Shown here: piece after piece, positions 19,557-31,412 of the stretch
Position numbering within the stretch: position 1 is the first letter of the stretch
Layout of the letters: every line of letters starts with the position of its first letter
Assembly: GCF_000582535.1 (NCBI RefSeq)
Contig: NZ_CP006932.1
Span: 60,001-92,000, forward strand
Reading direction: 5' to 3'
DNA from: Candidatus Saccharimonadota bacterium
GTDB taxonomy: Bacteria > Bacillota_I > Bacilli_A > Mycoplasmatales > Hepatoplasmataceae
DNA: 32,000 nucleotides
Translations under genes and position numbers: made by a program
The notes under the pieces: model-generated
Databases searched by the model: none
What the model saw: only the letters and a program-made list of their open reading frames with translations
What the model was told of the DNA's origin: nothing

Positions 19557-21484
19557 TTTTTCTTTTTATTTTTTCTAATTTCAATTTTATCATCAATTAT
19601 AAAATCATAAAGAGTAATTTTATCTAGATCAATTTTTCTATTATTTTTACTAATATTTAGTTTTATCAAAGTATTTTTATATTTATTTTTATTTGATATT
19701 TCTAAAAGCAAATTTCTTAATTCATTTTCATTTATATATCCATCATTTAAAATTTCATCAAAAAGAATTTCATTTTGATAACTATAATTGTTTGAAATAA
19801 TATATTTGTCAACTATTGATTCAAAATTTTCTCCTATATAATTTTTTTTATCAGTAGCAGAAAAATATTCTGATTGAAATATTTTTTCATAAAAATAAGG
19901 TATTTTAATAATATTTTTATTTTTTGCAAAATATTCTACAAGAGGTTTCAAATTATTTTTTTGTATTGCTACAAATAATTCTTTAAAATAAGGTATTTTT
20001 TTGTTAATTATTTCTTTAAAATTGTCATGTAGAATTTGATATTTTCAATTAATTATTGGATCTTCAATTTCACCAAATAAAAATGATCTAAGATTTAAAT
20101 TTGATTGTTCTTTATTTTTTTTATTTAAAATAAAATTAAAAAATTTTTCTTGATATATTTGTTCAATTTTTGTTAAATCTTCAATTAAAATCATATAATT
20201 TATTTCTTCATTTTTAATTTCGATACTAAAGGCTTTTATTAATTTAGAAAGATCTGAATCTGTTTCCATTTTATATTTTTTAAATATATTTTTTCTTAAA
20301 TATAATTGTGCAATGTTTTCAATTATTGGTTTTAATTCATTTTTAAACACATTATCAATTGAGATAATAAAATTATCTTTTAATAATTTATCAAATAAAA
20401 TTTTTTCAGTCGCCTTATTTTTTAAATCTGATAAAGTCTCTCTTAATTGAACTGAATTTAGTATATTTTTATTTTTAAAATGATTGTAAAGAATTTTAAA
20501 TAATTTTCAATCAACTTCATTTTTATAAAGATTATAAACAACAATTATTGTATCTAATGATAAATTTGTTTCTTTTGTATTTGTTTTATTGTATTCAATA
20601 TAAAATTCAATTATTTTTTTTAATTCTAATATTGAAATTCTTAAGTTATAATTATTTTTTTCAATATAATAAGCAATTATTTGATTACTTAAATTTTTTC
20701 TTAATGGATTAGCTTCTTCTTTTTTGATTAAAGATTTATTTAATTCATTTCTGATAATTTTAATATTTTCAATTTCGCTTCTTTCTGTATTTATTACATA
20801 ATTAATATATTTTAAATCTTCATTAAACAATTTATCATCAGAACTTGTCTCAATTATTATTATTTTTCTATAATCGATATTTATTAAATTTAAAAAATTT
20901 TTTGTGAATTTATTTTGTTTACTTTTTTCTTTAAATTCAGAAATAAAACGATAAACAGCTGTTTCAACATCTCTACTTTCTTTTGATGTTCGATTTATTT
21001 CATCAAATATATATACTGTTTTCTTATTAAAAAATAAAGGAATAATTGGTAATACAAAAATAATAAGAATTGCAGAAAGAAAAATTCATAAAGCTGTTAA
21101 AGATTGACTTTGATCTAAAATAATAAGAATAAACGAAAACGAAATTCAAATTAGAGCAATTAGATAGTAAAGATTACGAATTTCAGAGATAAAAAAAGTT
21201 AATTTACCTCGATATCCAAAAATATCTTTTTCAAATGAAGAATAATTAAAATTTCTTTGTTCAAAAGATTTACAATCAATTTTCTTAATTTTTGATTTTT
21301 TCATATCTAATTTTTCTAAAAGATAATTTAAATAATAAGTTTTTCCGCTACCCTTTTTTCCTGCAAAATTTATTATTATTGGTTTATTATTGCTAAAATT
21401 TCTTTGTTCTCTTTTTATTTTTTCACTTATAAAATCAACTTCTGCAACTAACTCTTTTGATTTGTAATCATTCCGATAATTCAT
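19553..21484 (-). CDS. KAP-family P-loop NTPase with intradomain transmembrane hairpin, 643 aa
   Basis: Four same-frame track fragments are joined. I read all three gaps codon by codon and found only TGA. Walker A is 'FAGKKGSGKTYYL' (21338-21361). Two hydrophobic helices follow, 'LYYLIALIWISFSFILIIL' and 'LWIFLSAILIIFVLPIIPLFF' (21029-21172). Walker B is 'VYIFDEINR' (20990-21013), comparable to the KAP 'DDLDR' motif. Confidence 0.7.
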
Positions 21485-21494
21485 AATAATAAGT

Positions 21495-21500
21495 ATTATA
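21495..21500 (-). promoter_or_regulatory. -10 box TATAAT upstream of the KAP NTPase gene
   Basis: On the minus strand the sequence reads TATAATACTTATTATTATG. The box ends 10 nt before the ATG and no Shine-Dalgarno is visible, suggesting a leaderless or near-leaderless transcript. Confidence 0.3.
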
Positions 21501-21506
21501 TATCAA

Positions 21507-21536
21507 TAAAAAAAATTCCCGTAATTACGAGAATTT
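21507..21536 (-). terminator. Rho-independent terminator after ppa
   Basis: On the minus strand the sequence reads ATTCTCGTAATTACGGGAAT followed by TTTTTTTT, immediately downstream of the ppa stop. Confidence 0.6.
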
Positions 21537-21547
21537 TAAAATTTTCT

Positions 21548-22084
21548 TTATTTATATTTATTTGGATATTTCTTTTTCATTTCAGAAATAAATTTATTTT
21601 TTTGCAAATGATGATATTTTTGATAAAGTTCTTTTGCTTCTTTTATTTCATTTTCAGCAAATTTTATATCTTCAAATCCTAATATTTCAACTTTTTTATT
21701 TTGCAAATTTTTATAATTCTCAAAGAAATCTTTAAATTCTAATAAAATATTTTTATTTAGGTCACTTAGTTTATTTATATTATCGAATCTTGGATCAACA
21801 TCTACTACTGTAATTATTTTAGTATCAGTTTCTCCATTATCAATCATTTTAATTGCTCCTATAACTCTTACAGGGACAATACTAGTTGGTAAGAATTTTT
21901 GATCAGATATTACAAGTGCATCTAATGGATCTCCATCTCAATCTAATGTTTTATCAAAATAACCATAGTTTGCAGGATAATTCATTGCCCCATATAGTAT
22001 TCGATCAACTTTTAAACGACCATTTTCTATTTCATATTTAATTTTTGAATTTTTTGATATTTCTATTACTATATCTGTCTTCAT
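21548..22084 (-). CDS. ppa: Inorganic pyrophosphatase, family I, 178 aa
   Basis: '[15 protein letters not shown]', 'YPANYGYF', '[15 protein letters not shown]' and '[13 protein letters not shown]'. The track fragment 21548-21847 is extended upstream across TGA to ATG at 22082-22084. Confidence 0.9.
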
Positions 22085-22141
22085 ATAATAATTATTATAT
22101 TATTAATTTATAATTAATTTAAAGATTTTGAGAATTAAGAA

Positions 22142-22687
22142 ATGGATAATAATATTAAGATTTTTCGAGAAATAACAACAGCAGGAATATTTCTTTCTCT
22201 AGTTTTCCTATTTATTATTATTCAAATTCCAATTCCAGCTACTTTTTTTAAATTAGATTTTTCAATTTCTATTTTGCTTTTATCATTAAAATATACAAAA
22301 TTAATTTATTCTTATTTAATTGCTACAATTGCTCCCTTTATTTTATTTTTTGTTGGAGGAGAAATAATAGGGATTTTATTTCTTGTTTTTTTAAATTTAA
22401 TTACAATTACTTTTCATATAATTTTTGAAAAAAAAATATTTAAATTATCAAATAATAAAAAATTTTTAATTTTTAATTATATTTTACTTGTTGGATTAAT
22501 TATAATAATTATTAGTTTTATTAATTTATTTATATTTACTCCAGCTTATTATAATTTTGATTACGAATTCATTTTTGATAATTTTTGATATTTTTTTGCA
22601 ATTACTTTTTCATTTAATCTTTTTAAAATATCTTTAAATTATATTTTTTATTTACTTTTATTAAACAATTTTGTTGATTTCAAATAA
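22142..22687 (+). CDS. Polytopic membrane protein, ECF-transporter S-component-like, 181 aa
   Basis: It has about 5-6 hydrophobic helices. 'ITTAGIFLSLVFLF...IPATFFKLDFSISILLL' resembles the N-terminal pattern of ECF substrate-capture subunits. The substrate is unknown. It is extended past TGA at 22586 to TAA at 22685-22687. Confidence 0.45.
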
Positions 22688-22720
22688 AATATAAATAGTA
22701 AAGGATTTAATATTGATTAA

Positions 22721-23197
22721 ATGAAAATTTTAGTTATTTCTGATGTTCATGGAAATATAAAATTAATGGATAAAATAATAGCAGAAAATAATGATGTTGA
22801 TTTTAAAATATTTTGTGGAGATTTACAAGAAAAAGATAAAAGTATTTTGAAAAAAAATTTTGATTATTATGTAACAGGTAATTCAGATTATTTTCACTTA
22901 GATGAAATAAAAGAATTAAATTTAGATGGTATTAAAATATTATTAACTCATGGACATTTATTTGAAAGTTTTTGAGCAAAGATAAATTTTGATAAATTAT
23001 ATAAACTAGGTGATCTTTTAAAAGTTAAAATTATTCTTCATGGACATGATCATATAAATGCTATTGAAGAAAAAAATGGAATAATTCGTTTCAATCCAGG
23101 TTCAATAACTTATCCTCGCGGAAGCAATAAAGCAAGTTACGGAATAATTGAAATTAAAAATGGTAAGATAGAAAAAATGGAGCATCATTATATTTAA
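22721..23197 (+). CDS. YfcE/MJ0936-family metallophosphoesterase, 158 aa
   Basis: 'ILVISDVHGN', 'CGDL', 'GNSD', 'LTHGH', 'HGHDH' and 'NPGS' form the calcineurin-like phosphoesterase motif series. There is one in-frame TGA at 22973. Confidence 0.8.
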
Positions 23198-23226
23198 TTT
23201 TCTCTTTTTTTAAATAAATAAATTAA

Positions 23227-23234
23227 TGTATAAT
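23227..23234 (+). promoter_or_regulatory. Extended -10 element TGTATAAT upstream of tRNA-Arg
   Basis: An exact TGnTATAAT match lies 15 nt upstream of the mature tRNA 5' end. Confidence 0.4.
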
Positions 23235-23248
23235 TTATTTTGATAGTT

Positions 23249-23325
23249 GCCCGCGTAGCTCAGCAGGATAGAGCACGTGCCTTCTAAGCATGGGGTCGGA
23301 GGTTCGAATCCTCTCGTGGGCGCCA
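23249..23325 (+). tRNA. trnR: tRNA-Arg (anticodon UCU), CCA encoded
   Basis: The acceptor is GCCCGCG/CGTGGGC. The D arm is GCTCAGCAGGATAGAGC. The anticodon stem is CGTGC/GCATG and the loop is CTTCTAA. The T arm is GGAGG-TTCGAAT-CCTCT. Confidence 0.9.
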
Positions 23326-23363
23326 TTTTTTTTATTAATAAAATTTTGAAAAAAGATTTAAAA

Positions 23364-24122
23364 ATGATTAAAAATAATTATTATAAAGAAATAATTTCTA
23401 ATATTGAAAATTTTATTAATAAAAAAGAGTATGCTAAGGCTTCTAAAATAATTGAAGAAGAATTAAAAATGCCTTATATTCCTTTTGATGTAGAAAAAAA
23501 AATTAATTTATTGAAAAATAATATTGATTTTTTTTTAATTAAAAAAAATCTTAAAAAAGATATTTCTTTTAATTTATATATAAAAAATTTGTTTTCAAAT
23601 AAGTATAATTTTTTTGAGAAAATTGAAATTATTGAATCGCTTGATTATTTTGATTTAAAAAGTGAAATATTAGTAATAAAAAATATTCTTTTAAATCAAA
23701 AATTAAATGATTTACTTAAATTTAAATTATTATTAATTCTTAAAAAACAAGAAATTAATATAATAATCAATATATTATTAAATAGTGGTAAAAAAGAAAG
23801 TTTTGATTTAAAAAGAATTATTAATTTTTATGAAAGTAAGGAATTTGCAAAGGATTCAATAGAAATAGAAAATTATTTATTTAAAGATCCAATGTTAAAA
23901 AATCTTAGTTTTTCAATTCTTGAAATGATTTATCTTTTGAATTTTAAAAATAATAAAATGATAATAAAAAATAGTAGTTACTATTTACATTCAATTTATC
24001 TTACATCAATTTTTTTTAAAGATAATGATTTAAAAAATGCAATCAAGAAAATAATAAATAATTATGATTTCTTTATTTTTCAGATAAAAAATTTTTTATA
24101 TGACTTAGATTTAAAAAAATAA
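23364..24122 (+). CDS. Hypothetical helical protein, possibly DUF3196-like, 252 aa
   Basis: The true start is taken as ATG 23364, because the track ORF start at 23277 lies inside tRNA-Arg. Its position directly upstream of tig-lon matches my recollection of the Mycoplasma pneumoniae hypothetical-tig-lon arrangement. The family call is tentative. Confidence 0.5.
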   Translation: MIKNNYYKEIISNIENFINKKEYAKASKIIEEELKMPYIPFDVEKKINLLKNNIDFFLIKKNLKKDISFNLYIKNLFSNKYNFFEKIEIIESLDYFDLKSEILVIKNILLNQKLNDLLKFKLLLILKKQEINIIINILLNSGKKESFDLKRIINFYESKEFAKDSIEIENYLFKDPMLKNLSFSILEMIYLLNFKNNKMIIKNSSYYLHSIYLTSIFFKDNDLKNAIKKIINNYDFFIFQIKNFLYDLDLKK

Positions 24123-24138
24123 TATAAACATTTGATAT

Positions 24139-24146
24139 TGTATAAT
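24139..24146 (+). promoter_or_regulatory. Extended -10 element TGTATAAT upstream of tig
   Basis: An exact TGnTATAAT match lies about 50 nt upstream of the tig ATG. An AGGAG Shine-Dalgarno sits at 24184-24188. Confidence 0.35.
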
Positions 24147-24195
24147 ATAAAAAGTAAAAGTATTTTAACATCTTTCAAAAGACGAGGAGAAAAAA

Positions 24196-25485
24196 ATGAA
24201 AAAAATAGACGTAGATATAAATAAAAAAAACATAGATTTAAAGTTAATTTTAAACGGAGAAGATTGAACAAATATTTTAAAAAAAATTAATAAAGATCTA
24301 ATTTCAAATTTAGAATTGAAAGGTTTTCGAAAAGGAAAAGTTCCTGTTGAGATTGCTAAAAAACACATTAAAAAAGATCAAATATGAAATGAAGCAGTAG
24401 ATGAAATTGTTAATAATAGTTATGATGAAATTATTAATGAATTTAAAAAGCATAATGTTATTTCTGGACCAAAATTAGAAGTTGAAAAAATTTCTGATGA
24501 TGAAGTGGAAATACATTTTAAAGGTATTTTATATCCAAAAATTAAATTAGGGAATTTTGATAATTTAAAAATTGAGTATAAAGAAGAAAAAGTTACTAAT
24601 AAAGATATAGAAAATGAAATTTCTAAAATGGGTGAATTTTTAATAGATAAAAAAGAAATAAAAGATAAAAATTATAAAATTCAAAATGATGATATAGTTG
24701 TAATTGATTTTGTAGGAAAAGTTGATGAAAAAGAATTTGAAGGGGGAACAGCAAGTGGTTTTGAATTAAAAATAGGTTCTAATTCTTTTATTGATAATTT
24801 TGAAAATCAATTGATTGGTGCTAAAATTGGTGATAGTATAGAAATTAAAGTTAGATTTCCAAAAACATATCCTGTAAAAAATTTATCAGATAAAAATGCT
24901 GTTTTTGGTGTTAAAATTAATAAAGTGTTTCATGAAGAGAAAATATCAAATGAAAAATTAGTTGATAAATTACAAAAAATGGGTATTAAATCTATTGAAG
25001 AATTTCATCAAAAAATAGAAAAAATATTAAGTGAAAAAAATATTCAACAAGCAAATGATAATTTTTTAAGTAATTTTTTATCAGAAATAAAAAAATTGGA
25101 GAAAACAGAAATAGAAGTTCCTTTTGAATTAATTGAACAAGAATTAAATAAAGAGTTTGAGGATTTTAAAAAACGTTTAATTGAACAAGGAATGAATTTA
25201 ACAGATTATTTTAAAATGTTAGATACAAATGAAAATAACTTTAAAGAAAAAAACTTAAAACCAAATATTAAAATAAAAATTGAAAATAGTTTAATTTATT
25301 CTAAATTACTTGATGATTTTAAAATTGATGTTTCACAAAATGAACTATATCAGGAGTATAATAAAATTTCAAAAGACCAAAGCGTTAAGATTGAAGATGT
25401 AAAGAAACAAATTCCAGAAGAAACAATCAGAAGTTCTTTAATATATCAAAAATTAATAAATAAATTAATTAGTAAACTGAAATAA
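24196..25485 (+). CDS. tig: Trigger factor (ribosome-associated PPIase chaperone), 429 aa
   Basis: The N-terminal ribosome-binding signature is 'GFRKGKVP'. The FKBP-like middle region reads 'VVIDFVGKVDEKEFEGGTASGFELKIGSNSFIDNFENQLIG'. There are two in-frame TGA codons upstream of track fragment 24505-25485. Confidence 0.9.
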
Positions 25486-25507
25486 GGATTTTACAAAAAT
25501 AAAAATT

Positions 25508-27883
25508 ATGTCTTTAAATAAAAAATTACCATTAATAATTACTAAGGGGAATATTTTATTTCCTAATTTTGTTACAAGTTTAGGATTTAAAAAGGAATAT
25601 TTATCAGAAGGTTTTATTAAAAATTTTCAAAAAAGTGATTTAAATGTAATTATTACATCTTCATATGAAGATTACAATCTTGATCAAGAAGAAGCAGAAG
25701 AAAATAATTCAAAAGAGAAAAAATTGAAAGTTTTAGAATATGGAACTTATGCTTCTGTTGGCAATATTGTCGAAAAAGAAGATACAATTAATATTTTTTT
25801 TAATGGACTTAAGCGTGTTAAAATTGTTGATTTTCAGGAAAAATCACCAGGTAATTTTTTGGCTGAATTTATTGATTTGAAAGATGTTAATATTGATTCA
25901 GAAAAATCAATTGATTTAAAAAACAAAATTCGTAATTTAATATTACAAAGAATGAATCAATTAAAATTAAAATCAGATAATATGGAGCCATTATTCCAAG
26001 CACCAACAGGTGCATTTTCTGATTCCATTGCAAATATTTTACATCTTACAATGGAAGAAAAATTTGAATTAATAAGTGAAAATAATGTTGAAAAAAGATT
26101 AGAAATATTATTAGATAATTTACAAACTTCATTACAAGTAAATGAAAATATTGCTCGTGACATTAATACAAGAGTAAGAGAAAAATTTACAAAACAACAA
26201 AAAGAATTTTATTTAAGAGAACAATTAAAAGCAATTAAAGAAGAGTTAGATGAAATGTCTGGTGAGGAAAATGATGTTAAAACTCTTAAAAAAAGAGCAG
26301 AGGAAAATCCATATCCTCAAAACATTAAGACCAAAATTTTAAAAGAAATAGGTAGGCTTGAAAATACACCAAGTTCAGCTCCTGAAGCAGGAATTATTCG
26401 AACATATTTAGATTGAATAATGAATGTTCCTTGATGACAAAAAGATAATGAGAAAATTGATATTTTAAAAGCAAAAAAAATTCTTGATGAAGATCATTAT
26501 GGTCTTGAAGAACCTAAAAAAAGAATTATTGAATATCTTGCTGTAAAACAAAGTAATCCTAATTCTAAAGGGGCCATTGTATCATTAATAGGTCCTCCCG
26601 GAACAGGAAAAACTTCACTTTCAAAATCAATTGCAAGAGCATTAGATCGTAAATTTATTAAAATTTCTCTTGGTGGAATAAAAGATGAATCAGAAATAAG
26701 AGGACATCGCCGAACTTATATAGCTTCAATGCCAGGTAAAATTATTCAAGCAATGCGAAAAGCAGGAACAGCAAATCCTGTAATTTTACTTGATGAAATT
26801 GATAAAATGTCTTCTGATTTTAGGGGAGATCCAGCTTCTGCAATGCTTGAAGTTTTGGATTATGAACAAAATAATAAATTTCAAGATCATTATTTAGAAG
26901 AAGAATATGATTTATCTGATGTCTTTTTTATAGCAACAGCAAATTATGTTAGAGATATTCCTGAACCTCTCTATGATCGCTTAGAAAAAATTGAAATAAC
27001 ATCATATACAGAACTCGAAAAAGTGGAAATTGCAAAAAGATTTCTTGTTCCTCGTGTTATAAATGAAACAAATTTAAAATTTAAAAACTTTAAAATTGAT
27101 GATGATATATTGAAATTTATTATTAGACATTATACAATGGAAGCAGGAGTAAGACAACTTCATAGAACACTTGAAAAAATTGCTCGTGGTATTTTGGTAA
27201 TGAGTTTGGATGGAAAATTAAAAGGTTCAAGTGTTTATAAAATTAATAAAAAACACATTGAAAAATTATTAGGAAAAATTAAATTTGATTATACAAAAAA
27301 AGAAGATACTCCACAGATAGGAACAGTAAATGGTCTTGCTTGAACAGCTTATGGTGGAGATATTTTACCAATTGAAGTTACTCTTTTTCCTGGTAAAGGT
27401 AATTTAATATTAACAGGTCAAATTAAAGATGTAATGAAAGAATCTGCTTCTATTGCTTATTCTTATATTAAGGCAAATTATCAAAAATTTGGAATTGAAG
27501 CAGATCTTAAAGATAATAAAAATATTTTTAAAGATTTTGATGTTCATGTTCATTCTCCTGATGGTGCTACTCCAAAAGATGGACCATCTGCAGGAGTTAC
27601 TTTTACAACATCACTAATTTCTGCGCTTCGAAAAATTCCTGTTTCTGAAAAAATAGGAATGACAGGGGAAATTACTTTAAGAGGAAAAATATTACCAATT
27701 GGTGGACTTAGAGAAAAATCAATTTCTGCTTATCGTTCTGGTTTAGAAGCAATTTATATCCCAAAAGAAAATTTAAGAGATGTTGACACATTACCAAAAG
27801 AAATTACAAAAAATTTAAAAATTATTCCTGTTGCAAATTTTGATGAACTTTATAAAAAATTAAGAAAAGATCATAGAATATAA
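25508..27883 (+). CDS. lon: ATP-dependent Lon protease, 791 aa
   Basis: 'EQLKAIKEEL', Walker A 'GPPGTGKTS', 'LLDEIDK', 'MEAGVRQL' and the catalytic Ser context 'PKDGPSAGVT'. Tandem in-frame TGA-TGA at 26432-26437 encodes 'NVPWWQ'. Confidence 0.92.
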
Positions 27884-27898
27884 AATTATAAATTATAT

Positions 27899-30478
27899 AT
27901 GAAAGATAAAAAAACAAAAGAAAAAAATATATATAATCCAATTAAATTTGAAGAAAAAATTTATTATTTTTGAAGAAAAAATAATTTTTTTTCTAATAAA
28001 AATATTGGAAAAAAGACTTTTTCAATAATTCTTCCTCCTCCTAATATAACAGGAGATTTACATTTGGGTCATGCTTGAGATTTATATTTTCCTGATCTTT
28101 TAATTAGATATAAAAAATTAAAGGGATATAATGCAATTTGATATCCAGGTACTGATCATGCTGGAATTGCAACACAAGCAAAAATTGAAAAATTAATATA
28201 TGATGAAAAAAAGCAAAATCGTTTTGAAATTGGTAAAGAAAAATTTTTACAAGAAATTTGAAATTGAAAAAATAAATACGAAAAAAATATTTTTAATCAA
28301 TGATATAAAATTGGTGTTTGTTTAAATTTTGATAAATATAAATTTACTTTAGACAAAGATATGAATGATCTTGTAATTGAAACTTTTATTAAATATTACA
28401 AAAAAGGATTAATTTATAAAGATCAAAAAATAATAAACTGAGATACAAAATTACAAACAGCAATTTCAGATATTGAAGTTGAAAGAAAAGATACAAAATC
28501 AAATCTTTATTATATTCGATATCCTTTTTTTTCAAAAGAAGAAAAATATTTAATTATTGCAACAACAAGACCGGAAACTATTTTTGGTGATACTGCTGTT
28601 TTTGTAAATCCAAATGATAAAAGATATCAAAAATTTATCGGAAAATATTTAATTAATCCTTTAACAAGAGAAAAATTAAAAATTTATGCAGATAATTATA
28701 TTGATATAAATTTTGGAACAGGAGTAATGAAAGCTACTCCAGCACATGATTTTAACGATTATGATTTAGGAAAAAAATATAATTTAGACTTCATAAATAT
28801 TTTGAATAAAGATGGTTCTTTGAATCAAAATTGTTTAAATTATTCCAATTTAGATCTTTATGAAGCAAGAGAAAAAATAGTTAAAAATTTAGATAAAAAT
28901 AATTTACTTGAAAAAATTGATCAAAATTATATTAATAATATTTCTTATTCACAAAGATCTAATTCAATAATAGAACCATTAATTTCAAATCAATGATTTT
29001 TAAAATCTTCAATTCTTGCAAAAAATATTTTAAATTTTAAAAAAGATAACATTTATTTTTATCCTGAAAGATTTCTTAAAGATTATCAAAAAGCAATTAG
29101 CAATATGCAAGATTGATGTATTTCTCGTCAATTATGATGAGGACATCAAATTCCAGCATGATATTTTGAAGATAAAATAAAAGTTCAAAAAAATTCTCCA
29201 GGTAAAAATTGAATACAAGATAATGATGTTTTAGATACTTGATTTTCTTCTTCTTTGTTACCTATAATATTTAAAAATGAACAAATTATATCTAATTCTG
29301 AAAATAATAATTATTTATCTGATACTTTATTTACAGGAAGAGATATTCTTTTCTTTTGAGTTACAAGAATGATCTTTCAATCGATTGAAATTGAAGGCAA
29401 ATATCCTTTTAAAAATATAATTATTCATGGATTAATACGAGATAAAAATGGTAAAAAAATGTCTAAATCTTTAAATAATGGAATTAATCCAATTGAGATT
29501 ATTAATAAATGAGGTTCAGATTCTTTAAGATTTTCATTACTCGCAAATTCTACACCTGGAAATGATATTAATTTTAATGAAGAAAAAATTAATTTTTCTT
29601 GAGATATTAATAATAAATTATTTAATATAAATAATTTATTATTAATATTAATTAATCAAAAAAAAATATCACGCAAAAATATAATGGATTTAAATATATC
29701 TTCTTTAGATAATTATATTTTAGATAAATTTAAAAAATTATTAATATTAATTGAAAATAATATTGAAAAATATAATCTTACTATTATATTTAATAGTATC
29801 TATAAATTTTTGATTGAAGATTTTTCAAGTAATTATTTAGAATTATTAAAAGAAGTTAATTATGAAGATAAAATTGAAAATTTAGTTAATATTTATTTAG
29901 AAATTTTAATTTGTTTGCATCCTTTTATTCCATTTATTACTGAACATATATATCAATCATTAAAAAAATATATAAATATTAAAGAATCAATTTTATTAGA
30001 AAATTATCCTAATTTAAATGATATAAATAACTTGGAAATAGAATTTGATATTATTGAAAAAATTCTTACAATTTTAAAAATTTTAAGAAAAATAAAGTCA
30101 AATCAAAATTATAAAAAAAATGATGAAATATTTATTTTTAATAAAAATTTAAAAGAACAAGAAAAAATTAAAATTTTTGAATTTTTAGGTAAAAAATACA
30201 ATTTTAAATTCTTAGATGAAAATTTAAAATTAAAATTTAATGATATTTATATTTCTAATAATTTTGGGGCAATATTTTATAAATTTAATAATAATAATTT
30301 AAAAACAATTGATAATTTAAAATTAAAAGCAAGAAATTATTTTAAATTTGAATATGAAAGAGCTAATAAACTTTTATTAAATAAAGGTTTTTTGCAAAAG
30401 GCAAAAAAAGAATTAATTGTAACAGAAACAATTAAAAGAGAAAAATATAAAAAACTTTTAAGTTTAATTGATATTTAA
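27899..30478 (+). CDS. valS: Valyl-tRNA synthetase, 859 aa
   Basis: '[15 protein letters not shown]' (HIGH), '[20 protein letters not shown]', 'WCISRQLWWGHQIP' and 'KMSKSLNNG' (KMSKS). Many in-frame TGA codons fall at Trp-typical positions. Confidence 0.92.
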
Positions 30479-30479
30479 A

Positions 30480-31412
30480 ATGAAATTTAATTTTGAAAAT
30501 TTAAATCCAATAAGAATAGACAAATATTTAGCAAAAATACTAAAACAAAAATTAACAAGATCAAAAATAAATAATTTAATTAAAAACAATTTTTTATTTA
30601 TTGATAATAAATTAGTTAATAAATCAAGTCATATAATAAAAGGTAACGGTTTAATAGATATTAATGATTCTTTTTTTGAAAAAAATAATCAAGAAAAATT
30701 AAATAAGTGAAATAATAAAAAATTAATTGATATAATTTTTGAAACAGATGATTATATTGTAATTAATAAACCATCTAACTTATCTGTTTATCCTGGAAAT
30801 GGAAATAGTGATTATACATTAGTTAATATTCTTATTTCAATGGGAAAAGAATTATCAAATATTAATACAAAAAGACCAGGAATTGTTCATAGAATTGATA
30901 AAAATACTTCAGGATTAATTATAATTGCTAAAAATGATAAATTTAGTAATTATTTACAAAAACAATTTCAAGATCGAAAAATTTATAAAGAGTATTTAGC
31001 GATTATAAATGGTAATTTACAGGCAAAAAAAGGTATTGTTGATGCACCAATTGGAAGAAATATTAATAATAGAAAATTGATGACAGTAACTAATAAAAAT
31101 AGTAAATATGCAATTACTGAATATGAAGTTATTGAAAGATTTTTGAATTATGATTATTTAAAAATAATTACAAAAACAGGAAGAACACATCAAATTCGTG
31201 TGCATATGCAGTATTTAAAAACACCAATTTTAAATGATTTTGATTATGGTAAAAAAATAAAAGAAAATAATTTAAATGGACAATTTTTACATGCTTCTAA
31301 GATTTGTTTTTATGATTATCAAAAAAATAGAAAATGCTTTTCAGCAAAATTACCTTCTTATTTTCAAGAACAACTAAATATTTTAAAAAGGAAAAAAAAT
31401 GTCAAAAATTAG
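30480..31412 (+). CDS. rluD: RluA/RluD-family 23S rRNA pseudouridine synthase, 310 aa
   Basis: The N-terminal S4-like region reads 'RIDKYLAKIL'. The catalytic motif is 'GIVHRIDKNTSGLIIIAKN', and 'GRTHQIRVH' is also present. ATG 30480 is preferred over the track's TTG at 30468. Confidence 0.85.

Noticed and set aside
21515-21534. Palindrome ATTCCCGTAATTACGAGAAT as a possible operator or restriction-type site upstream of the KAP gene
   Set aside because: It is followed on the minus strand by a run of eight T directly after the ppa stop. An intrinsic terminator is the simplest reading.
23277-23363. N-terminal extension of the track ORF 23277-24122 ('MPSKHGVGGSNPLVGA...')
   Set aside because: This segment is the 3' half of tRNA-Arg(UCU) read as protein. 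The real CDS most plausibly starts at ATG 23364.
24080-24368. Minus-strand ORFs 24080-24271 and 24165-24368
   Set aside because: They span the intergenic promoter region and the tig 5' end. tig has an AGGAG Shine-Dalgarno and the GFRKGKVP signature on the plus strand.
25957-26163. 68-aa minus-strand ORF
   Set aside because: It is antisense to the Lon N-terminal domain.
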